In this document: in pieces, positions 1 to 14,100 of the stretch
Numbering within the stretch: position 1 is the stretch's first letter
Layout of the letters: the number at the start of each line of letters is the position of its first letter
Assembly: GCF_002571385.2 (NCBI RefSeq)
Contig: NW_019217847.1
Span: 284,992-348,991 of the forward strand
Direction of reading: 5' to 3'
DNA: 64,000 nucleotides
From: Stylophora pistillata
Taxonomy: Eukaryota
Notes under the pieces: generated by a model
What the model saw: only the letters and a program-made list of their open reading frames with translations
Told to the model about the DNA's origin: nothing
Database searches by the model: none
Position numbers and translations under genes: made by a program

Positions 1-140
1 GGGTTTTTACTGTACTTTAAATTTTTTAATCTTTCTAACTGAAGTCATCAATCAGAATTACATTAATCTAACAGTTTACTATCTTCAACAAATTTATACA
101 TTAATGTAAATTATAACTCTCATCCTAGCAAATAAGACAA

Positions 141-360
141 ATGAATAAAGGCTGAAAGTTTCTGTGGTGCTGCGTCAAGGTAATTTGGTTATATCAACTA
201 ACTTGAAATTGTAAATTGGCCACCGTAATGAGTTAAAGAGCTGATGTCTCAAGTGTTAGCCCTTCATCAGAGCAAAGGGCTAACGCTGAAAACATCAGCT
301 TGTGAACTCATTACAGTGGCCAATTTACAATTGCAACTTAGTTGATATAACCAAATGACC
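141..360. mobile_element. Penelope-like (PLE) terminal-repeat fragment in inverted configuration
   Basis: Arms ggtaatttggttatatcaactaacttgaaattgtaaattggccac and gtggccaatttacaattgcaacttagttgatataaccaaatgacc are near reverse complements. Same family as 19731-19968, 32120-32641 and 33010-33228. Confidence 0.7.
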
Positions 361-1321
361 TAGCAAATAAGAATACACTAGCTTAAAAAGTACAAGACTT
401 TCCAATTACTGATAAGCAATTTCAAATACATTACTGACATTTGAGCATGAAATGAGAGGCACTAATTAAAGGGAAATGCTTCACTACATGATGTCAATTC
501 AAATAATTTCACCACCTTATAATCTCTTGTTAAGTCTTTACTTTGCAATATGTCACAGTACTCTCAATGACAGCAGTATTATAATTATGATCAAATAATA
601 GTAACTTACACTAAACAAAGCCATTTTTAATGAGCAATCACCCCTTGGAGGGTTTTCTTTTTTGTCTAATAAATTGAATTATGTATCAGGAAAAAAGCAC
701 AAATAGGTGCAAGTCTTAGAAGGTATAGTGTGAAACAACATCAATTAAGATGTCATTAAGACCCAAACGAGGGAGAATAATGAGATTGATGAGAATTACT
801 CAAACTTGAGCTGTAGTTGTTCAAAGGTCCACAACGTCATACAGCAATAAAATTGCTGCCAGTGGATGAGGCTGATTGTTCTGTAGACAGTTATTAGATG
901 AATATCAATTTATCAAGAAGATCATGGTGTCCAATCTGGAAATTAATACGTTGTCTGCTGGAAAGGAATTTATCAGCAAAAATGTACCAAAAAAGAGTGA
1001 TCACAAATTCCAAGAGAATCAGACTTGATTATTTCAAGGAACTGCAACAAACAGGAATGATGAACAGAACACTTGACTTCTTTATAAAAAAAAAAAATTA
1101 CCAAATGTTTTATTTCAATTAAGATTAAATGTTACAAAATGATATGCTGTTCTTACTTATCAGTCAATTGGGGTGTTCAGACATGAGTTAGTGAGCATGA
1201 CTGAGGTTTTAAATTTGACATTGAAAGAATTTTTCAGAGTCATATCTCCAGTTGACTGAACTGTCTAAAATTACCCTAAACCTGAGACACTCCACAAAGA
1301 ATGCATTCTGCTGCTTTTATA

Positions 1322-4300
1322 TTAAACAGGGCTGTGTAAAACTGCAACCCCTGCTGCAGCCCGACATCTTGTCATAGGAACTACATCTTCCCACTGGTCA
1401 TTCCTTGGCTCATAGGCCTCCACTGTGTTAAGATATGATGGGCCATCAATACCTCCAACAGCATAAACCCAGCAACCATAAGTCATCACACAAACACCAT
1501 CCCGACATGAATTGAGAGGAGCAACTTCTATCCATGCATTTTTACGGGGTTCAAACATCTCAACTATATCAAGCCTTGATGCACCATCAAAACCACCGAT
1601 GGCATAGATGTAACCATCTAAAGCTGCAGCACCAATCCCAGCTCTGGGCCGACTCATGGGGGGTAGAAGAGTCCATCTGTTTGTATGAGGATCATAGTAT
1701 TCGATCGAGTTGAGGAATGAGACTCCATCATTACCACCAATCACAAAGATGCGGTCTCCAAGCTGTGCCACTCCTGTTTGAAAAACATTAATTATTATCA
1801 CTACATGCTGCCAAATGACAAACTGCCCTCTCTAAAACAGTACTTTTTGTGAGCCAAACAGCAAAGTGTGGGCTGTAAATGACATTTGTTGCCCTGACAC
1901 ATTTTACTAAATGAATTTGTGTGATTTGGCCTTGTGTATTGATAATAATGATAATCACATGACTTTTGGAGGGCATATAATTTATTTGTGTCCCTCGTAG
2001 CATCATTTGCACCCTCACTCTGCTTGGGCGCAGATGATGGTATTCTGCCCACAAATAAACTATATGCCCTCCAAAAGTCAGGTGATTGTCCTATTAGAAC
2101 TCTCACTAGCAACAATGATCTATCTTGTGTACAATTCACAATCTAAAGATTCCTATTTATAATTACTGATGTTTTCCTTTAAAACTTTACTAGTCGTTTT
2201 GAAGTATAAAAACTGTCTTTTCTTATTTTAACTTTTGATATGCCTTCTGTGAAATAAGAAATCTTGATTTTAGAGTAAAGCCTCTCGTAAATTTTGCTTT
2301 TGCATGCTATACTGTAGAGAACTAAGGGTGAAGAAATGAATGAATCAACAAAAGAGTGAATGAATATTACACCCACATAGAATTAAATTGATCATCTGCA
2401 AAAATTCCTTGCTTGTTCAAATAAGTATATCCTGACAAGTCCTATTTAATTTGTAATATTTAAGTGATGTGAGTCCTTTGGCCTTTGTGGGCCTTTGAAG
2501 GTCTTTTTGTGTGTACCAAAGTCTCTTCTTGAATATGCACTGTGACAAGTATCCACATAAGAAATCCATTCATGTTTTGTATCTTGACACTAATAAGCCA
2601 TTCATAAATTTCAATTGATAGCATGAAATTTTCATCCTTTCTGAATGATCACAAACAACCACAAAAAGAACTGTGGGGAATTTGTTACATACCGGGGAAA
2701 CTGCGTGTAATATTTGTAGGTGCAACAAAACTCCAAATATCAACCAGTGGGTCATATCTTTCAACTGTTTTTAAACATGATCGCCCATCATAGCCACCCA
2801 TTGCATACATTGCTTCCCCAAGAACACCAACTCCAACACCAGAGCGACTTGTATTCAGTGCCTTGACATACATCCACTGGTTTGTCTCTAACGAAAAGCG
2901 TTCCACTGTGTTCAAGCGTGAATATCCATCTGAACCACCAACAGCATACAGGAAGCCTCCTAAACTTCCTGTGCCAAGCTGTTGTCTTGGGACATTGAGT
3001 GATGGGGCTTGCTGCCAAATGTTTGTTTGTAAACTGATGACAAGGAAAAAAAATGAGATAAAATATTGTCGGCTAATTGACCATGCATACGTACAGCTTT
3101 AACTATCAGTTTAAACTTACATTTATCAGCAAAAGTGCAGTCGGAGAACTATTAGCAATTTAAAGATATTTAGGGAAAAACCAATCTACAAACCTATGGG
3201 CCAATAAAAAGAAGAGAAGAGAAATATTGTTAGTTCATTTATATCTGCCAGAGATGCCAAGGTGATGTTGATCCAGCCTCTGTAATAGTAATAGATTTTG
3301 TTTGACCAGAAAATTACCTCCTAATGAGGGAGTGCCAAGATGTTATCATTGATGTTGCCACCAATCAAGTTGAGACCACCTATCTAGCACAATTTTTCTT
3401 GTACTATGTGTGACTCTAACGTATGTCTGTTTCATACTTCTCTTGGACTTCATTAATCTGAATTCAAATATAGGTGTAATTAGAGACTCAAGTGCCAATT
3501 TTTTTATATAACCCAAGGTGTGATTTTTAATCAATGTGTGACTTTGGTTACGGTTCAACACTTAAAGGCTTCAGCTTGTAGTTTGGTGTTCAGGTTAGAC
3601 TACTGGACACAGACTATAGTAAACGGTGGAAATACGAATATTGTATGGGCTTCTGTGTGAATCACAGTTAAATGAATATCAAATTGGATCAACATCACTG
3701 AGCATTAAATTGACTTGTATAGCTAAATATCCTCGAATAGCTAGATATCCTCAACTACTAGTTTATCTTTTCACTTGGTGGTGAGTGGGTTGATGGCGAC
3801 GTTGCTTAGTGGTGAGGTGCCTGGTAATCATCGTAACAGAGCTATCGTTCCAACAAATTAAGAAAGTGTTTTACAAGAGAAAGAAGAAGCTTTACCCCAG
3901 ACTGTTTTAATAAAAATATGTTTCCGCTATTCAGCCTTCCTCGAGTTAAAACTGAGTATTATTAAAAATAAAGAAAAAAATTGAAATAAAGAAAAACAAC
4001 TTACCTATAACACTCCACAGTATTTGAAATAGTTTCCCCGGCTTCTTTTCCCCCAACTGCATATAATGTTCCCATCATAGATTTTCTGGGTTTCATACGA
4101 TCTGTGCGAAACAGTCCTCGCTGTTCAGGAATCAGATGGTAGTTTTTCGCTTCATCCAGTAAGTCTCTACATTTCAAATTCGATCGTATCAAGTTGTCTG
4201 CATCGATTCGGTCCAGAAGGTAATGTTTTGAAATCAAAGGCATTCGAACGAACTCGATCAAATGAGGAAGTTGTTTCACTCGATTGTTTAAGTCATGTTT

Positions 4301-4933
4301 AACCCAAGACATTACCGCTTCATACACTTCTTCCTCAGCAATAATGTTCAAGTCATCGCTTGAGATCACTTTCACCAGTAACTCACACGGTAGCAAAGCA
4401 GATTCCTCTGATTTCATAACCTCCCGAAAATTTTTCAACACATAATTGTCCACAACTTCAAGGAAATTTGTACAGCCATGAGTTTCAGTAAATTTCCTAA
4501 TTCCCAAGCAGTTCGAAGGATCTAACTGTGTTTCCAAAAATTGACAGCATAAATCTCGCACTTCGTGAAATTGCACCAACGATGCCGTTGACAATATGGT
4601 TTGCACATTTTCGACATTGACATCAAGCTTTCCTGTGTAAGCAAAATCCACTAACATTTGGATCACAGAAGCTTCTATATCTTTCATAGTAATAACTTTT
4701 TGTCGGCTCTCAACCAGATCGCTCGTAAACATGGCGTAGAAGTACGAACTGCAGGCTGCCAATACCGCCCTGTGAGTTGGAATATGTTCGTCTCCAATTT
4801 TAAGAACAACATCACACAGCTTAAGGCAATCTTTTCTGTGTTTGTTCATTGTTTCCAGAACATGGTCACTATGCGACAGAGGCGAATAAGGAGATGAACC
4901 ATCCCAGCCCATAAATGCTCCTGCGACATCCAT
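1322..4933 (-). CDS. Kelch-like protein (BTB-BACK plus 6 Kelch repeats), probable CUL3 adaptor, about 573 aa; exons 4933-4005, 3033-2693, 1773-1322
   Basis: BTB motif LCDVVLKIGDEHIPTHRAVLAACSSYFYAMF; BACK region LDPSNCLGIRKF...EEEVYEAVMSWV; Kelch repeats with GG-Y-W pattern (LYAVGG, MYAMGGYDG, IFVIGGNDG). Both introns are GT-AG with matching phases; the 1722-nt total is divisible by 3. Subfamily not resolved. Confidence 0.93.
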
Positions 4934-5539
4934 AACTCTGATTTTGATGATGTAAGTAATATTATTGTTCGTCGAGTATATGTAGGTGCGTTAGGCCTGG
5001 GCCTGCGTCAGCAAGTGGTCTCCTCGGAGCCCAGTAAGTGCCATCTCATATTTCTCATTAATATTTCACCACCTCATTATTTTTCCCGGCACGACTTTAC
5101 TTTTCCGGAACGACCTTAAATTTTCTGACACGGTTTCTTCCGACAAGACTCTTTTCGGCACGACTTTTTCTGGTCTAACCCTAAGCAATTTATTGGTCTG
5201 TAAATCAAGAGTACCTAAGAAGGTTTACCTTAAAGATTTGACGTCATCTCGTCCAAATTTTATGGGCACTACTGCAGGCTTTGGTGAAGACGTTAACAGT
5301 CACATTGTTTTTTATTAACACACAAGGCCACAGGGGGCCCACACAAGCGGCGTGTCTGGTCGTTTGTTCGAAATATAAAGAAATGTATGGGAGAATATTG
5401 AAGAGTCGTAATATCGTAAACTTATATCAAGGAATGTCTATGTTAAGGCTCAAAATAAATGTAAACCTACCTCACTTGCTGTGTATTGTCGTTTCTGTGG
5501 TTCTAAATAACAAATTTGAGCGATTTGATAGATTTTAGA

Positions 5540-7620
5540 GGCTGGAGTCCTTTGGATTCAGTGCAGTGGTTCAATGCTTAGTTATCAAATCGTACCCTGA
5601 GCATTGTTTTTAATGACACACAATCTGACCCGCTCAGTCAATTCTTTTCGGTGTGCCACAAGGATCCATACTAGGCCCGTTACTATTTATTAAAAAGGGT
5701 TGTCCCTGAAGGGTCTTTCTCTGATTGATTGCCAGTGACGTCTGGTGTGCCACAAGGGTCTATTCTTGGCTCCCTGTTGTTCCTTTCTTACATAAATGAC
5801 ATGCCCGATGACTGGAGCCGGGTCTGGGCTATGGAATTCAACCCAACTAAATGTAAGGTTCTTCATATCTCCAAGAAGAATTCAGATCACCCACTGGGGC
5901 TCACAATAGGAACTACAGTATTGGCAATCGACAACTTGAGTGCATTTCCTCCATCACGGATCTAGGTTTCACCGTGGCTAACGACCTTTCATGGGCGGAG
6001 GCATATTGAAGACATTGTTGCGAAGGCCAACAAAACCCTTGGCCTTATCAAAAGAACTTGCCGGGACTTGTCTCAGCCCACCATCAGAAAACTCCTGTAC
6101 TAGTCTGCCCTCGTGAGACCTAAACTGAAATATGACAGTAACCTGTGGTCACCTTACACAGTCAAGTATTGTAAGCTGTTAGAAGATGTCCAACGTAGGA
6201 CAACGAGGTTCATTTTGAGCTATCCCCAAGACATTTCTTATACTGAGAGACTTATTCAACTGAACTTACCTTCTACACCCTTAGAGCACCGCAGAGAGAT
6301 TTCAGACCTGCTACTATTTTTCAAATCAAGAAATTGCCTGATTACGGATATCCATGATTATCTGTGCACTTCTAATCCTTGTTATAAAACTCGCAACTAT
6401 GATCCAAACAACTATAATGTAAGATTGAAACACAAACAGGACTACTTTCAGTTCGAAATTATTTTTTAATAGGTCTGCAGGGCTGTGGAATACTCTTCCA
6501 CCCAACGTGAAATGTTTAACCTCGCTCCCAACATTTAAATCTAAATTAAACAACTATACTTTTCCAAACTTGACTCATACAGCCCTCCAGATTAGTACCT
6601 TATAATCTTAAATAACTTGCCTTTCTTGTCACTCTTTTTAGCCTTTTCATTGTATCCTTTTACTTTTTTGTTATATAATAGGGGTTAGGCGTCAGTTGGG
6701 ACGAAAGTTCTGTTCCTATCTCCTGCCACTCCATTTTTTACTTTTTCTTTCTTGGTATTGTGTAATGTAGATTAGTTATTTGTATTTGTTGAACTGTAGC
6801 GAATCTATTAAACTGAACTAAAACTAAACTATTATTTACATAAAAGATTTACCAACTGTAGTCAAACACTGCAACACTCAACTCTACGCTGATGACACAC
6901 TGCGGATATACTTCAGTTTCAAGCAGGTCGACACCATTCAGAATCTAAGCTATCCGCAGACCTTGAACAGATTATAACTTGGTTGTCAAGTAACTACCTA
7001 TTCCACAATTTTAAAAACAACCAAGGTAATGCTAATTGGTACAGCTCAGAGACTGCGCATGACCACAAGCTTTACCGCCAATGCCAATGACAATGTCTTT
7101 GAAAGAGTTTTCAGCTTTAAGTATCTCAGTAGGAGTTGTTCTTGCCCCATGCCTTTCCTGGAGCGAGCATATAGATCACATTGCCAACAAGATATCATCC
7201 AGGCTTGGAATGCTTCGCAGAGCGCGTAAACTCACCACGTGAGGCTTGTATCACACTGAACAACTCGATGATTTTTCCACTCTGTGTATAGGATGGATGT
7301 AGTGCCACCAGAGTTAATAGAGGGTTCCCTCTACTAACTCTGGTGCCACTAAGAAAGACTACCTTGATAAGCTACAGAGACGTGCTGCGGGCATCATTGA
7401 ATGTTGGAAAATTAAAGAGAGCGAGTTGCATTTCACGTTTTCATGGCTCAGCCTACAGGCACGCAGAAGCTATCAAAACTGTATGTTAGTCTATAAATGC
7501 TTTAACAATCTAGCCCCAGAATACTTGCTACACGAATTCAAATTCTCTAGACACTTCCATAATTATAATACCAGGAAAAAAGATCTGATTCGTTTTCCTC
7601 TAGCAAAAACTGCAAAATAC
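5540..7620 (+). mobile_element. Decayed L2/CR1-type LINE reverse transcriptase fragment, interrupted by a second LINE
   Basis: GVPQGSILGPLLFI at about 5650-5691 resumes as IYIKDLP...YADD at about 6834-6897. Downstream LDKLQRRAA and LVYKCFNNLAPEYL remnants are typical of LINE ORF2 C-termini. Many stops and frameshifts. Confidence 0.8.
5692..6830 (+). mobile_element. 5'-truncated CR1/L2-type LINE nested in the previous LINE
   Basis: Has its own VTSGVPQGSILGSLLFLSYINDMP motif, then VRPKLKY...WSPY...LEDVQRRTTRFIL, and a 3' tail of short aaact repeats ending at about 6830. Confidence 0.8.
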
Positions 7621-8151
7621 CAGCCGGGGAAAAATTCGTGCCGGGGCAAAAAATCGTGCCGGAGAAGAAATCGCGACGAAAAATAAAGTCTTGTCGGAGA
7701 GAGTCTTACCAGGAAAAATCTGAGGAGGTGAAAAATAACGCGGATAAGAAACATGAGATGCGATGTTTTTACACCACATATTCTGGAGTCAAATATATAC
7801 CCGCTGGCTTTATTAGATCGCAAGTTCATTTGAATTTGTTGACCGTTCCGGTCGTCGCACACTCCGCCTATCTTTTTTCCGCCTTGAATGGATTAATTCT
7901 TGTTCTAAATATTGCCATTACGACTATGAGAAAGAATTTCCAATCGCGTTACCTTACGCCGAGCTGAGGAGGGAATTCCTCCGTCAGTTGTTCCGGTTAA
8001 GAGTTTCTAGAGAACGACCTGCAGGCCAAAATTTTAAGGTAAGGTAAGCTAGGAAGTGCTTTTTATTTACCATATTCATGAGTCAATGTTAGATTGAAGT
8101 TTCTCATGTGGAATGTTTCATATTACTTCATCCAGAGATCCGACGAGAGTC

Positions 8152-11100
8152 ATGTCCAGTTCACCTAAAGGAGGTTAGGAGTAAAAACAACTCTTAAAGA
8201 CAGAGGTCTTTTTTTATCTACCACGCGAGTTATAGCTGTCTGTGGAATAATGTTCTTGTCCTTATGAATAAACCAACATGTGCAGCCTGCATTAAACGTA
8301 ACGTGTTGTTAATAATTATTTTGCAAATGTAATAATCCGGACGCATGAGTGATCTCAGCTTAATGGTCAGTTCAGAAAATAAGTGATTCATTCACTTTGC
8401 ATGGATTTACACCAAAGAAACTCTACTTTTAGTGAAGCTAAATGTTCAATGCTTTGGCTATCCGGACAGTGGTAAAATTTGAGTCACTTAATTTTCACTT
8501 TCTCCTATCAATAAATGCATCGTGTGGCCTTATCTTTGGATTGTGTACAAGACTGAGTGCAACATCCAAGATGTAAAATTATGAAATAGCTAAACATGCA
8601 CATTAGAAAAGTGTTCAGTGGCTGTTAACATTTGGTGTTTGTGGTCTAATCACTTACATTTAAAATCTTCAATAAATACAATGAATTTTTAAAAACTATG
8701 TATGCCTGAAGGTTATTCTAATGAAGTTACAGCTGTAAGCTTACAATGTTCTGTTCAAACTGGTATTCAGGCTGCGTAGATATCACTCCTGTCCTTGTGT
8801 ATCGCTAATGAGGGAAGTGTTGACTGGAAAGTGCATTACATTTAACCCTTGCCTGTGTAGTGAGTTTGAAGCATCAATTTGTTAATTGCAGGAAAGAAAC
8901 CAAAAAAGCCAAAGCCAAAATTTGATTTTACGAAAGGTCATCCATCACCTACTACATCCCCATCGTAAGTGTTATTTAAGTTCTGTTTTGCATTCCTCTG
9001 GCACAGCATATCCAAGTTGTTGATGGCAAAACTTGGATCAGCCGGGGCAAAGGATAATTCTTTAGAGTTTATTGATTAACTATTTGTCATTAACTCCCGA
9101 AAGGGAAGCCCTTGTTATTTCAGATAACAAATTGTTACAGGGTTAGTTTAGGGTTAGGGGTTAGCAGTTAAGGTTAGGGTCTGATCGTCTGTGTGAAAGG
9201 AGATGTTTTAAGCTAACTTTGGTATATTTGATTTATTTTTAGATTAACATAAATAGTATTGATCAAAATACATGTGTTAGAAGATTGTAATTGTTAGCGT
9301 TTTAAACATCACCTTGAAAGTCTGTCACTTACTTTGTGGAACTTAATTCTCATTTCATCCCACCTAATTTTTCAGTACCACTCCACCTAGGAATTTGAGT
9401 GATAAGGCTACACTTACTGTTAATGGCAAGGTTGGTATTTTGTTTCCAATTAATCAACAGTCTTCAAGTTATGTTGTTCTTGCACTCTCTCTCTCTCTTT
9501 CTTTCTCTCTGTTAGCTATTTATAAATTAGTTTTGGGACCATGATTATTCCCTTGGCAGCAAAATCTTACATTGCATTGGTTACCTAGTCAAATACTCCA
9601 AGTTATTGACAAAATGAAGTTTGCTTTTCTTACCATTTATGGTATATCAGTGGTAACCAATATTTCTTGTTCTTTTTATGCTTGTTACAGGACTTTGAAT
9701 GTATTGCAGATGATTTAAAAGAAATAATGGAGCTCGGACATGGAGCATATGGTTTTGTTTACAAAATGCAACATGAACCTACGGGCTTTATAATGGCTGT
9801 CAAAGTAAGTGAAAAAACAGTTCTCCCTGTTTAAGTGTAATTTTACTGGTCATATGAAATTTTTTGTCATTTCATTTATTTTATAAACCACAGAGAATAC
9901 GTGCCAATGTAAATTCAACAGAGCAGAAGAGGCTTTTGATGGATTTGGATGTGTCCATGAGAGTGACTGACTGCCCTTACACTGTACATTTTTATGGTGC
10001 ACTGTTTAGAGAGGTATGACTGAAAGTATAACTCTTCCACCAGACCTTAGCAATTCTGGCTGCTCTAGAGTTTCCCTTTGTTCCATCAGAAAAAAATTGA
10101 TTCATTTTGACAAAGAGCAGACAATTATTTGGCCAGACCTATTTCAATTAGATAAGATGACATATTTATTCAACAGGGAGATGTCTGGATTTGTATGGAG
10201 CTTATGAAAGCATCATTAGACAAACTTTACAAAAAAGTTTATGCCACTCCTGGCCGAAGGATGCCTGAGGAGGTCCTACGGCAAATAGCCATTGCTGTAA
10301 GTTTTGATTTACTCTTTCCTAAGCTATGCACAACATGGTTGTTGTGAGGGCTGTGTTGAAATTGTGAGAATTGATTTTAGATGATATTATGCTGCAACAG
10401 TCACTGTACTGTCAGTAACAATTATGGTATTCTTGTTCTGATAATTATTTTGATTGAGTCAGGAGGTTAATTCACTAAATTTGACATGTCTTTTGATATA
10501 GTTCATTGTTTCCTCCACCTGCTTAGGTATTGATAAGAATTCATATTTGAAATAATTGTATTTTATTTACTGGCACACAGATGGTCCATGCATTGAATTA
10601 TTTGCACAGTAAACTGCGTGTAATCCACAGAGGTAGGCACTCTATTCATAATTAGTCTATCATATTATTTTATTTTTTTTTTTACCATATATTTTTTTCA
10701 ACTCACCAAAATGCTCTCTATTTTTCCTGGTGTAATGGGCCATTCACAAAGTTGGAAGAACCTCGTAAAAATTGTAAATCATGAAGCAAGTGATTGACAG
10801 CTTTTCTTAAGAATATGACACTTTGATGTTGGGTTTACTTTTTCTAACAGCTATGAATGATACAAGAATGTTTGTATGAGATCAGTTAAAGTTTTCTCTT
10901 GAGCTGATGGTCCTTGCTTCTGTAGCACAAGTATCCCTTCAGCATTTTGTCAAGTTTTCATAATCAATAGACCAGTGTCACATGCACTGGAAGTAATAAT
11001 AGTTCTGGCGAGAGATATAAACTGTAACAATAAGTGTCTTGCTTAAGAACACAAGACAGTGATCGTCATGGGCTTCAATATGGACTTCTTAACCCCAAGT

Positions 11101-14100
11101 CAAGAACACTTATCAGTCATTGTGCCTCCCATCTGATTTACATCATTAGTTCAACAGCAACAACAATTACAGCAAAATTTTACTAGCTAAGGGTAAGAGT
11201 TAAAACATAAATTACAAAAGCTGAATGCACCATTGATTATTTTCATTGTTTTATTTACAGATGTAAAGCCTTCGAACATTTTAGTGGATGAAAAAGGAAA
11301 TTTCAAACTCTGTGATTTTGGAATAAGTGGTCAGCTAGTAGACTCGCTTGCAAAAACTGTTGATGCGGGATGCAAACCTTACATGGCAGTAAGTATTTTT
11401 AAAATCACATTAGTCATGAAAGAATTGCAAGATAATGAAATGTGTCTAGATGAGTAGTTCTATGACTATGTGATATTGGTTGATATTATGGGTTGTGACA
11501 TTTTACTTTTTTCTTATTTTAGCCTGAGAGAATCAACCCAGCCAAAAACATGGAAGGATATGATATCCGCTCTGACATTTGGAGCCTGGGAATCACTATG
11601 GTAACTAATTTATACTAAATCTTGTTCTTCCCTAAATCAATGTGGAATCCAATACATAAGAGTACTTGTTCTTCCGTGAAACATTATGGTGCTCAATATA
11701 TACTTGTTCTTTCAGGTAAACAATTGCCGAAAAGAAGCCTGAAGGCTTTGTTGGAATTTAAACCCATGCCTCCTAGAAACTGGCTGGGTGCTACTATCAA
11801 CTAAGCTACAAGGACAGAGAGTTCTATACCATTCATTTCAACTTGTTATCAGATTCCTCTATAGGATAGAAACAAACTTATTTTAACTACACAACTGCCA
11901 CTTGTGAGCAAAAAATAAGAGAGATTGACTCAAGGATTCTAACTGTGATTCTGAGGTTATAAATGATATCAGCTGATAGTGGTCCTGTCTTTTACAGATA
12001 GAACTTGCTACTGGCAAATTTCCATACACTCAGTGGAAGACACCGTTTGAGCAGCTTAAACAAGTTGTTCACGAGCCCTCACCAACTCTTCCTGATGGAG
12101 GACCCTACTCAGATGAATTTAGAGATTTTGTTGTCCAATGGTAATTTTTAATTTTTGGCAAAGCACTTATAATTAACCCTTTTTCACCAAACTCTTAAAT
12201 AATTTGATTCTCCTTATTGTTATCCATAAATTAGTTATAAAATCATTTGTGAGAATCAGTAATGAATTTATTAATATCCCCAATTAAATTTTAGATGAGG
12301 TCTTTATTCTCATTTCCTGCCTTCTTGAGAATGAATGCTAAAAGTATTGGCTATGGTTAGCTGTAAAGTAGTCGAGGTGATCAAAATTATAATTTAGCTG
12401 ACAGAAGAAACTTTATGAGTATTAAAATGTTCTTTTACCTTTAATTTGAATCTGCAGCTTACAGAAAGACTACAGTAAAAGGCCTAACTATGTCTTGCTC
12501 ATGGTAAGTAAACAATATGTCCTAATGTTGAAAATTGTTAAGACTGCCATATATTCTTAAAAATTTGAGTCACTTTGTATATTTGTCAAGTATGTTACAT
12601 ACTTGACTTTTGAGTGATCAGGGGATAATATTTTTTAAATCGTTTGAGTTAATGGTTTTTCCATCTGTTTGATAACTTTGTACAATAAAAACCAATATAC
12701 ACGAGAGAGCTCACATACTATGGATAAGTCATTTAGCAATTTTTTCTTATAATTTTTTTTTTTAGCAAAATTGATATCTGTAGTTATTAGATAGGAATTC
12801 ATCCATTTTACCATGACGTTCATTTAATAGAGATGAGCATTCTCGCTACAGAATAACAAGAACATGTAACAATACGGACCTTAAGATTTGAGGATGGCGT
12901 CTTCTTCTAGGACTTCACGGCATATAAAGGCCTGGGGCGAGAACGCCGTTCTTTGCGTGGAAATTTAGACTTAAGAAAAGGTAAACAGGACATGAACTAT
13001 TTCCAGCCCCTGGTCGAGAATAGCCTCCTTCAAGAAAGCGCGGGAAGAACTTCTTTTAAGTTTTTGTGAGGAAATCATTAATGAGGATGAATTTCTGTTG
13101 TTGTATGATGTTAACAAGTCGAAAAACCCACAGTATCGTTATTGGAATTATGAAAGATGTACATTGCAAGATAAAAGTGAGGCTGAGTGTAAGACAGATT
13201 TTCGCTTAAAAAAATACGACATCCCTCTCTTGGTTGATGTTCTTGGCTTACCTGACGAAATATAATTAAAATCCAGAACTTAGCTGGTCTCTAAAAAAGT
13301 ATAAAAAAAATTAATGTAATGGAGGCCTTCGAAATGAGTATTCTTTGTAGTGTGATGAAACTTGCATGGGTAATAAATATGACAGTCTTAATTACGTGAG
13401 ACTCAAATCACTTTGAAGGTAAGCTGAGAAAACAAGCATCTTTGATATATCTATTCTCAAGCCGTGGAAACGGCATAAGAGTAACCAGTAAATTACCAGT
13501 TCATGAATAAATCGGTAAAACATGGCAAACAGGAGGACAATTTATAGAGACTTCAATTGCAGCGCTCGAAAACTTTTGATTAGGCTCGCTGTAGAAACTG
13601 CGAGTTTGACTTCTGATTATAACTACACTCTACTTACATCAGCCAACCTTTCACATGACTTGATAAATTGATGCTCAACATGATAAATTCTTCTATTCTA
13701 TTAATAAGGAAAACATTTGGAGTCTACCAATTAACTCATGTTAATTGGGACCCGCCAACAGCTCTCCAAAGTACAAACTGATAGTCTCTTAGTTGCCAAT
13801 ACTGCTGTGTCATCTGTAAGCGAAGCTAGAAATCTCGGAGTTTGGTTTGACTCTAAGTTTTAATTTCAAACACACATTAACAAGACATGCCAGTCAGCGT
13901 TTCACTATATCTATAATCTAAGACATATACATAAACTTTTATCATTTGAAGCTGCAAAGATGATAGTTCATGCATTAGTCATCAGCTGCCTGGATTATTG
14001 CAATTCAGTCCTATATGGTATACCAGCTATCTACACGAATAAACTACAACGCGTGCAAAACGCAGCCGCGAGACTTCTCACAAACACACCATGCTGCGCG

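Noticed and set aside
9138-9180. Telomere or chromosome fusion scar
   Set aside because: Only about six degenerate units inside an intron.
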